Shown: piece by piece, positions 7,392-20,400 of the stretch
How the letters are laid out: each line of letters opens with the position of its first letter
Position numbering within the stretch: position 1 is the first letter of the stretch
Assembly: GCA_044226015.1 (NCBI GenBank)
Contig: JBGAHS010000006.1
Coordinates: forward strand, 32,001 to 96,000
Reading direction: 5' to 3'
Source of the DNA: Candidatus Obscuribacteraceae bacterium
GTDB taxonomy: Bacteria; Cyanobacteriota; Vampirovibrionia; Obscuribacterales; Obscuribacteraceae
DNA length: 64,000 nucleotides
Notes under the pieces: model-generated
Told to the model about the DNA's origin: nothing
What the model saw: the letters and a program-made list of their open reading frames with translations, nothing else
The model's database searches: none
Translations under genes and position numbers: made by a program

Positions 7392-7850
7392 GCTGTATCT
7401 AGAGGGATCGGATCTCTGATCGTTTTCTGTGAATCTAGAGGGATCCGAATTCTGATCGTTTACTGTGGATCTAGAGGGATCCGATCTCTGATCGCGTACT
7501 GTGAATCCGGAGGGATCCGATTTCTGATCGTTTACTGTGGATCTAGAGGGATCCGATTTCTGATCGCTTACTGTGAATCTTGAGGGATCCGATCTTTGAT
7601 CGCTTATCGTGGATCTGGGGATCCGATCTCTGATCGCCTACTCTGGATCTGGGGATCCGATCTCTGATCGCGTACTGTGGATCTGGGGATCCGATCTCTG
7701 ATCGCTTACTGTGCATCTGGGGATCCGATCTCAGATTCCTTACGGTGAATCTAGGGGAAGCCGGTCTCTGAACTCTTACTGTGAATTTAGAGGGTTCCGA
7801 TTTCTGATCGCTTACTGTGGATCTAGAGGGATCCGATCTCTGAAGTTTAC
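7392..7850. repeat. Non-coding GATC-rich tandem array, 13 units of 34-36 bp
   Basis: Consensus TGTGGATCTAGAGGGATCCGATCTCTGATCGCTTAC. Four central units are 34 bp (2-bp deletion). About 35 GATC sites by hand count. Confidence 0.95.
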
Positions 7851-7945
7851 TCGGTCTAGAAGTTCTGAATTCTGTTCAATGCAAAAAAAAACGGTATTGG
7901 TAAAACCTGCATCAGTACTGGTTATCTAATGTGTTCTTTGCAACC

Positions 7946-7963
7946 GTGAACACATGTGTTCAC
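7946..7963. promoter_or_regulatory. Perfect 18-bp palindrome, possible protein-binding site
   Basis: GTGAACACATGTGTTCAC is self-complementary. Confidence 0.45.
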
Positions 7964-7988
7964 ACCACGGGCGGTATCATTATCAAGC

Positions 7989-8020
7989 AAAAAAAGGTTT
8001 GCCTCCGTAAAGGCAAACCT
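7989..8020 (-). terminator. Orphan rho-independent terminator
   Basis: Minus strand AGGTTTGCCT-TTACGG-AGGCAAACCT followed by a T-tract. Confidence 0.7.
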
Positions 8021-8467
8021 ACCGTTTCTCTCGACTTAAAACTAACTGAGGGAGCGTGAAAGTTGTGTGAGAAATTTGTTGGAATTCGATCTAAAAGATG
8101 TGTTTTGAAGTTCGGTATTCGAGGAGTGCGAACGCTCTTATTTTTTTTGACCTCTGTCAATGACGGGACTCCGTTCAGGAAATCGTCAAATGGCATGCAA
8201 AAAGAGGGCTCAGTTGATTAGAGACAATTTGTTGGCTGGACAACATGTCTGCTTCTGTCTGTAGTGACTGGTCATGTGGTTTGGTTTGTGATTATGCCGT
8301 CGACACAGCCATGCTTTCTGGCAGACCTGAATTATGAGTTTTATTTCCGTCTGCTTTTGCGTAACTTCTAGCCTTCAATTATTTAAAATTGAAGGGCTAC
8401 TAGCTGATTGTTCAACTTCTCAGGTTGTTCTTCAGTATCCGTTTACGCAAATTGTGAGGTTCCTCAG

Positions 8468-11400
8468 ATGCAAATGAAATCAGTGTTTGCCACTATGGCA
8501 TGTGTCGGGTTGGCATATTCGCAGGTCATAGCTGCGCGTGCTCAACAAGCGAACCCTGGCGGCGACCTGAATCTCGCATCGAAAGAGCGTTCAGTTACAG
8601 CACCCTCCAACATTCCATCTGTGAACATCAGGGTTGGTGGACATAATCAAGTCATCACACCAGGCATGTCGTTGACTCCTGCTGAGGCGATGGCTTTGAG
8701 TCAAGTCATTGCGACCGGCAAACAATCGCTGGTTATCGGGGCTGGCGGAAATGCAATTGGTGGCAATCTTGTGTTGCAGCCTACTAGCTCCCTAACTGCC
8801 TTGACTGTTCCTCTGGGTGTTTCAGTAATCAGAGATTTTGCAGGAGTTCAATCACTGAATGTTGCTGGTAACATCACAAACTCTGGCTCGATTTATGCCG
8901 TATCGACTGCGCCGATGGTGAACAATGCACTAATCAGCGCCGCGAATATAACAAACAACGTTGGAGCTTTGATCAGCTCAATGCTGCCAGCAGGAGGATT
9001 GGCTGGTTTCAGCAATGCTATTGGAGGACTGAACCTGACTCTGTTTGCCAATAACTCGATAGTAAACCATGGATCAATTACGAGTGCTGGCAATCTCAAT
9101 CTTATTGCAGGGAACAGTATCGTTAATCAAAGCAGTGGTGGCAATCAAGCTCTTATGGCTGCAATGGGGTCTGTGAACCTGGCTAGTAGTCATATTCAAA
9201 ACAGCGGAATTATAAATGCTATCGCTAATGTCAATGTTTACCAGAACGCAACACTAAGTTCGCAACTCTCCACTGTTTTGAGTGAGCAGATAAAGAGTGG
9301 CTTGATTAATTCACTGGGCAATTTGACAGTGAACAATGCCCTCGGAACAATCAGTGCTCAAACTGGTAGCATAAATATTCTTACTCCCGGGCTCAAGTCA
9401 GAGAGCTTGAACCTTCTTGGCGGAACCTGGCTTTCAAACGAGCTGAATATCAATGCTGGATGTTCCAATCTTGTTATGGCCGTAGATACTGTGACTGGAA
9501 CAGTGAATAGTATCGCAGGTAGTGGCAATGTCGGCGCTGTGAATGGCATTAGACTTGGCGAGACTGTTTTTAGTGGTGACCCAACTTTCTGGTCCTCGTC
9601 TGGCGATATCACTATCTCATCGACGCAGACTTTTGACGCTGCTATTACGTATCTGTCATCTGGAAACATAATTTTTGATTCTACCGCTGGCTCAATCGCG
9701 ATTCGGTCATATCAGGCTGGTACTCAAGGTTTCGACATAACTATGGTAGCTGGTGCTGCGCTTACTGGCGGCAGTGCTCCTGTCTATCCGAGTAGCATCA
9801 ATCCAGGAGATTCTGTCTCTCTGACCGGTGTTGGTGCTGGTGGTTCCATAAAGCAAACGGGAAGTAATGGCGTAGCGATCGACGCTTCGAGCGTAGGATT
9901 CAACTCTGGCAACATATTGATTGCAGCGTATAAGACCTCCAAAGCTGGCACCGGACAAATCGACCTGACCAATACAAATGTGTTAGCACAGTCTGACATA
10001 GGTAAAGGCGGCAATGTGACGGTGATAGCGCCGACCATTACACTCGGCTCTATCAATTCCAAGGGTGCGGTAGGCAGTCCAAGCTTGACTGTGACTACGG
10101 CGAACCCGAGCGGCACATTGAAGGCTGACTCCAGCGGTGCTGTTGTAGGAACTCTGACCGCCGGTGCGATAGATGCGGCTGGCTCAGTTGTTCTAACTTC
10201 GAGTGTTGTGAACAGCGCTGGAAAAGTGGTGATCAATGCTGGCAGCACTGGAACTAATATCGATATGAAGTCTGGAAGCAGCATTGTGGTCGACGGCGTC
10301 AGCACCAATGTTGACGCTGGTTCTATCACCCTCAACGGTGGCACAATAGTTCTTGATTCGATTCAGGCAAACGGTTTCAATCAGCCTCTCATAGCTAAGT
10401 CCGCGACTTTGTCTGGAGGAAATGGCGGTACTGTCACAGTTACTTCAACTGTTAATCTCAGTTCTGGCACAACTTCCACGCTGGCGTTTGGCGGAAATGG
10501 TTCTTACGGAGATCCAGGCTTTACGGGCGGTTCTGGCGGAAACGGTGGAACCATCAATATAAAGGCTGTAACTACTGACCTTGCTTCTTATGCATTCAGC
10601 ATTGGTGGCGGAAAGGGCGGCGATGGAGGCGCTGGAGCTAACGGCGGAACTGGATTGGCTGGTGATGCTGGTACCACTGGCGGTGCCGGTGGTAAGGGTG
10701 GCTCGTTTACAGTCAATTCTACTGGTTCTTTGTCTCTGGGCTTGATCGACAGCCGCGGAGGCGATGGTGGCTTCGGCGGTACTGGTGGTAATGGGGGCAC
10801 TAACGTATCTGGCACAGGCGGTGGCGGAGGTTTCGGTGGACTCGGCGGCTCAGGTGGAGCTGGTGGCACTGTTCAAGTCAGTGGACCCTCAGTGGCGGTC
10901 AAGAGCAACATATTTACTTCTGGAGGAAGCGGCGGCCAGGGTGGTAACGGCGGAGGTGGAGCTCTGGGTATCTCCGGTGGTTCTGGTGCTCTTGCAGGTA
11001 CTGGTGGCGTAGGCGGAATTGGTGGTGCTGTGACTGTCTCTTCGACAGCCAGTCTGACTTTCCCAAGTACCGCAACGATTGATAGCTCTGGAGGCGCTGG
11101 TGGTGCTGGTGGCTTCGGTGGTTTCGGTGCAGATGCGATAGCTGGTAATGGCGGCAGCGGTGGCAGTGGCGGCTCTGGTGCTGCCGGCGGCAAGGCAGCC
11201 AATATCTCAATAAATTCGAATGCCAACATTCTTGTTTCCGGAGTTTTCACTTTCAAGGCTCAAGGTGGTAACTCAGGAGTTGGTTTTGCTGGTGGCAGTG
11301 GTGGGTCTGGTGTAGGTGCAGCTAGCGTCGGTGGAAATGGCGGAGCTGGAGGAAGTTCAGGCTCAGCAGGGACGGGCGGAAACATTTCCCTTACTGCTAA

Positions 11401-14400
11401 AACATCAATCAGCAGCTCTGGGGCAGGTAAGCTAGTCGTCAACAACTACGGTGGTGCTGGTGGTGGCGGCGGTGCTGGTGGCTCGGGAGCGAATGCAGCC
11501 AATTCTTTAGGTAGCATCGCAGGTAGCGGCGGTGCGGGTGGCTCTGGAGGACAGGGCGCGGATGCTGGCAAGCTCAGTTTTAGTTCAAGCAGCTTCGATA
11601 GCCTTCTTTCGATTAATGACGCAGGCTCTCTTTCTTTTGGAGCTGGAGGTCCGGGCGGTGCAGGTGGTTTTGGTGGGTTTTCTGTCCCGGCTTTCAACAG
11701 CGATGGAGGCTCAGGAGGAGCAGGCGGTTCGGGAGGTAATGGTGGAAAAGGTATTGCTATTAGTTTCACTACGCCCGGAGCTATTACGTTCCAGAATGGT
11801 ACAGCGGTAAATAATTATTCTGGAAGAGGTGGTGCTGGTGGATTTGGAGGCACTGCTCTGACCGGTGGTACTTTTGGAAGCGGTGGCTCAGGAGGAGCAG
11901 GCGGTTCGGGAGGTTCTGGAGCTGATGCTGTCGGATTGAGTTTCACATCAACTCCGTCCAGCATAAATTTCTCAACTTCAGCTCTTCTGTTTGCCCCGGG
12001 CAACGGTGGAAATGCGGGTGGCGGTGGGCAGGGTGCTGACTGTGTAGCTGGCACTGCAGGAAATGGTGGCAATGGTGGCACTGCAGGAACTGCAGGCAAG
12101 GCTGTTGCGATAACTCTTACAGCTGCTAGTTTTAGTTCCGGTCCTGGAACTTTGGCAAGTTTTGGAGCGATTGGAGGCAATGGTGGAGACGCCGGTATCG
12201 GTGGGACTGGACTCCTCGCAGGAGGACTTTCTGGTTTCTCCAGTTCTGGAGCAAGTGGCACTGCAGGTGGTGCTATAACAATTAACGCTACCAACAATGC
12301 GGTGCTTCCAGGTTTACTTTCGGAAGGGGGAGCTGGCGGGACAGGTGGTCTCGGAGCAGGCGGAGCTGGCGCCAGTGCATCAGGCACCGGGGCTGCTGGC
12401 CAGGCAGGTGGCGCTGGAGGAAGCGGCGGCGCCGGTGCAGCGATAACAGTCGAGTCTAAGAGCGGCTCTTTGACTCTTACTGCTGCTATATCTTCGAGGG
12501 GTGCGTCAGGTTTGTTTGGTAGCGCTGGAGGAAGCGGTGGATCTGGACAGAACGGCGGAGCTGGTGGCGCTGGTGGTGCTGGTGGCAATGCTGGGGCAGG
12601 AGGAAACATCTCGCTGAAAGCAAAAGGCGATATCACGCTGAGTGTCCCTTCTATTAGTGCAAGCGCGGGAGACAGCGCTGCCGGAGCACCGGGAGGTTCC
12701 TCAGGTAACGGTTTCACGGGGAACTCTGCTAATGGTGGGGCAGGAGGTGCCGCTGGGCTTGGTGCGAACGGAGGGACAATTCTTCTCAGTTCAAGCGGTG
12801 GCAGCATTATCAACACTGGTTCTTTAAATGTTTCTTCAACAGGTTCGACTGCTGCTAGATCTGGAAACGGTGGGAATGCTGGTTCTGCTGACGCCAGCAG
12901 TATCGCTGGTTCAGGAGGAAACGCAGGAACTACAGCCGCTGGTGGCAACGCAGGCAATATCAGCTTCAGTGCCAAGAATGCTATAAACGCAGGAGTTTCA
13001 GGCATTAACTTCTTCAACTTTGGTGGACCAGGCGGCAACTCAGGTTCTGGTGGTGATGGAGCAAGTGGAGGCACAGGCGGCAAAGGAGGCGCTGCTTCTT
13101 CTGGTGGCAAAGGCGGTAATGGATCAACGCTGAGTTTGTCAGCGGCAACCATTAGTGGAAAACTTGGACTGAATCCGTTTGCTAGCACATTCTATGCATC
13201 GGGTGGCGATGGTGGCTCTGGTGGTGTTGGAGGTTCTAGCGCACTCTCGTCAAGCACTGGAGCCAATGCTGGCAAATCAGGCTCTGGTGGTGACGGTGGC
13301 TTGGGCCCGACGGTTTCGCTTAAAGCTACTTCGAGTCTCAGTCTTGATGCAGGCTCAATACTAAATAGCTTTGGTGGCCGCGGCGGCGATGGTGCACTCG
13401 GATTTAGTGGAGGTCAGGGTGATGCCACTGGTGGAAACGGCGCTGATGGCGGTTCTGGTGGCGCAGGTGGTGCTAGCGGAAGTCTGGCAATTTCGTCTGG
13501 TGGAACAATTAACCTCGATGCGAACATCAACTGGGCAGGCGGTAAAGGCGGTAAAGGAGCCGATGGTGGATCTGGTGCATACGGTGTGAGCGCTGGTTCT
13601 GGTTCTGCTGGCAAAGGTGGAAGCGGAGGAGTCGGAGGCAGCAGTGCAGCTATTTCAATTGATGCTAAGTCGACCCTTACTTTTGCTAGCTCGAATGTGC
13701 TCTCGAGCGTTGGTGGCATTGGTGGTGATGGAGGCGCAGGTGCTGCTACAGCCTCTAGTCAGCTGTCTCTAGCCGGAGGAGATGGAGGAAGTGGTGGTAA
13801 AGGCGGTGCTGGCGGACAGATTACACTTTCAGGAAGCGCTTTGACTCTGGGAACACCATTTAGCATTGGCGGTAAAGGAGGTAGCGGAGGTGATGGAGCA
13901 AGTGGTGGTTTCTCATCATCAATCTTATCGACGGGGGCTGTGGGAGGCGCTGGTGGAGATGGTGCTGCAGCAGGTGCTGCGGGAGCCATCAAGATAACGG
14001 CTAGTGCAGGGCTCACCTTAAATGGTTCTATTTTTGCAGAAGGCGGCAAAGCCGGCACAGGCGGAAATGGTGCAGATGGTGCTAGCGGCGGAACAGGCGG
14101 TGCAGCTGGTAAAGGTGGCGCTGGAGGAGACTCAGGAGCTGGTGCTGATATCACAATAAGTGCTGGTGGCGACATTAATGTAATCGGTAACCTGGTGATT
14201 TCCTCAAGTGCAAGCGAAGGCTCGGAATCTAATGGCACTGGAGTTTCTGGAAAAGGAGGAATCGGTGGCGCCGGTGGCTTCGGTAACCAAACCACCATTG
14301 GTGGTGCCGGAGGACAGGGCGGTGCTGCTGGTTCTGGTGCCAAAGCTGGAGTGGTGACAATAAATCAGAGTAAGGGCAACTTCAATTTGTTTGGTGACCT

Positions 14401-17400
14401 CGGAATTTACGCCGGTGGCTCGAGCGCTGGAGTTGCTGGAGCAGGTGGTGTGGGTGGCAGCTCTATCGGTAATGGTGGCAGCGGCGGCGATGGTGGAAGC
14501 ACAAGCCTGTCGAAAGCCGGGGTAGGTGGAAATATAAGCATTTCCGGTGCAAATTCAACGATTTTGAGTAACGGTGGAAGTCTCAGTTTTGTAAATTTTG
14601 GTGGCTCTGGTGCGACTGGTGCTGACGGCGGAAAAGGTGCTTCCGTTTCAGTATCTGCGGCAACCTTCGCTGGTGCTGGTGGTGCTGGCTCTGCTGGTGG
14701 TGACGCTGCTGCTGGTGGTGCTGTGTCAGTCAAGGTGGCTTCCATTAATGCTGTAGTGCTGGTTAATCCTGACGCTCTTGATTATGGAAGAGGCGGTGCT
14801 GGCGGAGCTGGTGGTGATGGTGGTTTTGTAGCTAATCTCTCATCTAAAGCTGGCAATGGCGGTGCAGGTGGAAACGCTGGCAAAAACGCGTCTGGTGTAA
14901 ACGTTACGCTTGATGGAAGCAAAGGAATTACTCTTCTGACTGGTTCAAAGATAATCACTAGAGGAGTTTTTGTGGCATTTGGCGGTGGCAATGGTGGAAA
15001 CGGTGGCATCAGCACAGGGACAGATGAAAGCGGTGGCGATGGTGGCAATGGCGGCGCAGGAAGTAGTTCTTTAACCGTGAATCAATCCGTCACTTTAACC
15101 TCATCTGCTGGATTTATAAATCTCAATGACGTGATAATAGATATTTCTGGTCCAAGCAGCGGTTCCGGAGGCAAAGGCGGCTCTGGTGGTGCGGGCAGTT
15201 TCGCTTCGTCCCTGGGCGTGGGAGGTGCAGGCGGTGACGGAGGCTCAGGTGGTAGTACTACTTCATCGCCTGGAGCCATTACGATCTCGGCTGCAAAAGA
15301 CATTTCTATGAGTAGCCTGGGATCCCTGAATGCAAGTGGTGGTGATGGTGGCTCAGCTGCTGGCGCAGGGTCTGGTGGTATTGCTATCGGCTCTGGATCA
15401 AAAGGTGGGGACGGTGGACTCGGTGGTTTCGGAGGAAACGGAGGAAGCTCCGGTACAATTTCGGTAGTATCGACAGCTGGTTCATTGCTGTTTAATTCTG
15501 ATGGAACATCTAACACTGGTCCTTTCATAATGGCCTCTGGTGGCGATGGCGGCGATAACGGCGCAGGTGGTTCGGGTGGTGCTGGCGGCATTGTAGGCGG
15601 TCGCGGCGGTGATGCAGGTAATTCTGGTGATGGTGGCGCGGCTTTCTCTAGCTCTACTGTTAATACTGTTCAGCTAAAGGCTGCTAAAACAATCACTCTG
15701 CCTTCCATAGTTGCTTTTGGCGGAGAAGGCGGAAGTGCAGCCAACAGTGGTGCATTCGGTGGAATGGCGCAGGACGGAAGCGGTGGTGATGGTGGATTTG
15801 GTGGAACCGCTGGCGCTGGTGGTATTGGTGGCAAAATCTCGATTGTGAGTTCTGGAGACATAATTACGCCTGCTAATTCACCAAGTATTGTTGCCAGAGG
15901 TGGTATTGCTGGAGAACAAGGAAGTGGAGGCAATGGTGGCTCTGGTGGTGCCACTGCCATCGGATTGGGATCTGGTGGCAAGGGCGGTGATGCAGGTGGC
16001 GTGAAATCCAGCGGCGCTGGGGGCACGGTGACCATTCAGTCTGGCGGTCTGCTGGGTTCCAAGAGTGAATACGATCTCATTATAAATGTAAGTGGCGGAG
16101 ACGGCTCTGCTGCTTCGCCATCTGTTTTTGGTGGCTCTGGCGGTGATGGCGGTCTGAGTCCTGGAGCAGGAGGATCTGTGGTGGCCCCGCTGGGAACCGT
16201 GACTGCGTCTGGTGGTAATGGTGGGCAAGTGACACTGAACGGCAAAGACATATCCCACATTAGAGTCATCGCTGAAGGTGGTAGTGGTTCCCAAGCTACT
16301 GCCTACGGTGGAGATGGTGGCGATCAGACCAACACTAGCACATTGATAGGCTCTGGAGCAGCTGGTGGAAGTGTTGGAGTTCGCGGTGCTGGTGGCGCCG
16401 GCGGTATCATCAATATTACAGCAACTGCCGGTGGCTTCCTTGGGCTTGGCATCAGTGCTAACGGAGGAAGTGGCGGTAATGGCAGTACCGCAATAGGTGG
16501 CAATGGTGGCTCCGGGCGTGTTCAGGGAGGAGCTGGCGGCTCCATGGGTACCACCGGCGCTGGCGGTGCTGGTGGCAAAGTAAATATTAGCGTCACTACC
16601 GGGCTCTTGGATTTGAGAGATGCCTTAGTTATGGCAAATGGCGGCGACGGTGCCTCTGCAAATGGGTCAGGTGGCAATGGTGGTAGTAGTGATTTTGGCA
16701 GCGGTGGAGCTGGTGGTGCAGCTCAGGGAAGCGGTGCTGGCGGTGCAGGCGGATCAATAAGCCTCTCATCGACGACTGGTGGCATGCTTATTTCAACTGC
16801 CTATGCACTCGGAGGCTCGGTGTTCGGTGGCGCAGTAAGTGGGGGCGAAGGAGGACGGGCTGGAATTAGTGGCTCGTTTGGTGCAACTACAGGTGGTGCC
16901 GGAGGAAACTTAGGGACAATTGGAAACGCCGGTGCCGGCGGTACAATCGACATTAAAGCTGGAACTGGTACTGGCTCTATACAGGTTCAAGAATTACTTG
17001 CTGCTTTTGGTGGCTCTGTTACTTCATTTTCTTCATCTACCCCAGGCAAGGGTGGTGACAATGACAATGTTCTTGGCTCTGGCGGAAATACCGGCTCATT
17101 TGTTAATGCTGGCAATGCTGGCAATGGTGGCAGTATTACATTCAATTCTGGACAGAACATTGTTATCTCAAAGACTGCCTCAGTTTCGGTTGAGGGCAAA
17201 TCTGCAGCTGGTTTCTCCGTAGTCTACTCACTAAGTGGCGCTAAGGGTACAGTGTCAGCTGGTAACGGAGCCGACTCTGCTGCACTTCTCGGTGGTTCAG
17301 GTGGTTCTGGTGGAACTATTACAATTAATGCTAGCGCGAAAGATGTGAATATCATGGGCACCATACTTCTAAATGGAGGTGATGGTGGTTCAGGCGCTGG

Positions 17401-20400
17401 TGGTACTGCTGGTGGTGACAACACCAGTCTGGGACTCAGTGGTCTAGGAGGAGCAGGTGGCTCTGGCGGGATAGGCGGAGATGGCGGCAGCGGAGGTAAG
17501 CTGGTAATCAACGCAAATACCTTGACTGCTGGCTTTGGGTCTGAAATTGATGCAATCGGAGGAAATGCCGGTTCTGGTGGACGTGGCGCCGTCGGCGGTA
17601 CGGGCAGTACCAACATCGCATTGGGTGCTACCGGCACTGGTGGAAACGGCGGCAATGGTGGCTCTTCAGGACAGGCTGGCAGCGGCGGTCAGGTGAACAT
17701 CACTCTGAAGGGTGCAGGCATTACGCCGAGTTTTGACCTTCGTGGTGGCGATGCTTCCGTTGGCGGCTCAGCTGAGCGCGGTGGCGCGGCTCGCACGGTG
17801 ACTGGCACGAATGGTAATGGTGCTGCATCGGGCAATGCTGGTTCTGGAGGCAACCTGTCTATCAGCTCGACAGCTGGGCTTTTGACTATCTCTGGATCTC
17901 TGATTGCAGTTGGTGGTGCTGCTGTCTTCGGAGGTGACGGAGCTTCAGGCTTGAATACTGAGTTTGCGCAAGCCGGTGGAGCTGGCGGTAGCTCTGGAGC
18001 GGCCGGTAATGGTGGCATCATAAACATAGCTGGTAGTGCCGGAGTCGTCATCGCAAGCGGTCTGATCAGTAGCGCAGGTGGTGCATCCGCACGTGGTGGT
18101 GATGCTGGAAACGCTGGCGCTAGTGGGTTGAAGAGCGGAGACCTTGGCGCTGTCGGCGGATCGGGGGCCAGCGGCGGAGATGGTGGGCAGATTACGCTTA
18201 GCTCTGATAAAGGTAGCCTGGTTCTCAACTCCGATTTCGGACTCAATGTCTCAGGAGCTGATGGTGGCAATGGAGGACGCGGCGGAGACGGTGGCAGCAC
18301 ATCCCTCAATTCTGGTAGTGCTGGTGCCGGAGGCGCTAGTGGTGTCGGAAATGCAGGTGGTTCTGCTGGTGTTATAAACCTGAATTTTGCTAAAGGAAAC
18401 ATTGGAGCTGCTGGAAAATTCAGGCTAAACCTCATTCTTAATGGCGGTGATGGTGGAGATTCCGGCATTGGAGGAGGTGGTGGTGCATCTCTGGGATTAG
18501 CGGGAATAGGTGGAAATGGTGGCAAATCTCAGTCTGCTGGTGATGGTGGTGTCGGAGGAACTCTCAATGTTTCAGCCAATACCATTAATTGGTATACGAA
18601 TGCCAATCTCGATGGAGGTGACGGTGGTTTCGGCGGGACTGGAGGTTTCGCCGGATCGGCATTAAACGATTCTGACGGTGGCAGCGGTGGTGCAGGTGGA
18701 AAGGGCGGCGCTGGAGGCTATGCTGGTACAGGAACAATTACTGCAGCTGGAAACCTGATTAGCTCATATTCTTCGAACATAACCGCAGTCGGAGGACGCG
18801 GTGGAGACGGCGGTAATGCACGGGCAGGAGCAGTCGGATCTGGCATAGGTCAGGGCGGTTCGGGCGGTCGCGGTGGTGACGGTGGTGCTGGCGGCAATGG
18901 CGCCAGTTTCGCCAGTGGACTCGTAGTCACATCATCGAAGGGACTCCTCGACCTCAGCAATTCTGGAATGAGTGCAAGTGCCGGTGCTGGCGGTTCCGCT
19001 GGTGCTGGAGGTGCTGGTGGCACAGGCACCACAGGTGGTGATGGTGGTGACACTGGTGATACTGGGCAAGGCGGGCTGGGTGGTTACGTGAAGCTTTCAG
19101 CAGCTGGCGCTGCAACTGTTGGCTTTGTTTCTGCTATTGGTGGCTCAGCTGGCTTCTTTGTATCTGCCGCAGGCGCTGGTGGTGCAGCATTAGGCGCGGG
19201 AGGTCTTGGCTCTGGTGATGGAGGTAGCGGTGGTAATGCAGGATTGATTCGTGCCTCTGGAAACGGTGGAAAGATTGAAGTAAGTGCAAGTAGCATCGTA
19301 AGCGCAGGGTTTGCCAGTTTGCTGGCGGGCGGTGGAGGCATGTTCGTGTCTCCGGCGGATGGCGCCAATGGTGCTGATGCTAATCCGTTCAGTAGTGCTG
19401 GTAGCGGTGGTAAGGGCGGTAATGCCTCAGTCGCGCAGCCTGCTGGTAACGGTGGAAGCATAACTTTGCTTGCAAAAACCGGTGCGGTTTCTGGCAATTT
19501 CTCTCTCAATGTGACTGGCGGCGACACAACTTCCAGCGGCGGTACGGGTGGCAGCGGTGGCTCAGGAATTAATTCGGGAGGCAATGGCGGTGCAGCTGCA
19601 GTGATGGCATCTGGAGGTAATGGAGGCAGCATCTCGGTCACAGGAGTTGGAGTTGGTCCTATACGGCTTCTAGCTAGTGGTGGCGGAGGCGGCTCTTCCT
19701 CTGGCACCGGGGGCGCTGGTGGTGCTCAAATCTCTGGGACACTGAGCACTACTGGGGGAACTGGTGGATCTGGTGCGAAAGGAGGGCACGGTGGGGACGG
19801 CGGTACTATAACCGTCAACTATTCGACCGGTAGCTTAAGCATTCTTGAGTTTATCTCTGCTTCCGGTGGAAATGGAGGTTCTGTCACTTCTGTTGGTGGT
19901 GCTGGTGGCAACGGTAACCAGGGTGATGGTGGCAAAGGTGGTGACGCAGGTTTCGTAGGTTACGGAGGTAACGGTGGGAAGCTGACTATCAGCGGTTCTG
20001 GGTCTATCAATGCTAACCTTTCACCGATTAATTTGAGTGGGGGTGATGCAGGAACTGCCACAGCCGATGGTGGAAATGGTGGCTCTTCTTCTATAGCTAA
20101 AGGTGGAGCTGGTGGCAGCGGCGTCAGTTTCTTGACTAACCCGCTTTCTGGTACCAGTGCTGGTAAGGGTGGTTCAGCTTCGCTTAGCACAAATACTGGT
20201 GCAATTAACATCTACGTAATTGATGCAAATGGTGGAGATCTGCCTAACTCAAGTTCGAAGGCTGGAAACGGTGGAAATGGATTCTCCGCCGGTGGTGCCG
20301 GTGGTTCAATTCTCAACATTGGAGCAGCAGGCGCTGGCGGCACCATACTACTTAATTCGACTGGCACTTCAAGCACTGGTGGAGCTATCTCCATACAGCA

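Noticed and set aside
7392..7850. CRISPR array
   Set aside because: The 36-bp length is suggestive, but units are head to tail with no unique spacers, and there are no cas genes.
7341..7929. ORFs 7341..7583 and 7711..7929 as repeat proteins
   Set aside because: GTG starts without an RBS, and the 34-bp units and a stop codon break the frame. They are by-products of the array.
8408..8467. TTG start at 8408 for giant protein A
   Set aside because: The paralog, RBS and signal peptide all point to the ATG at 8468.
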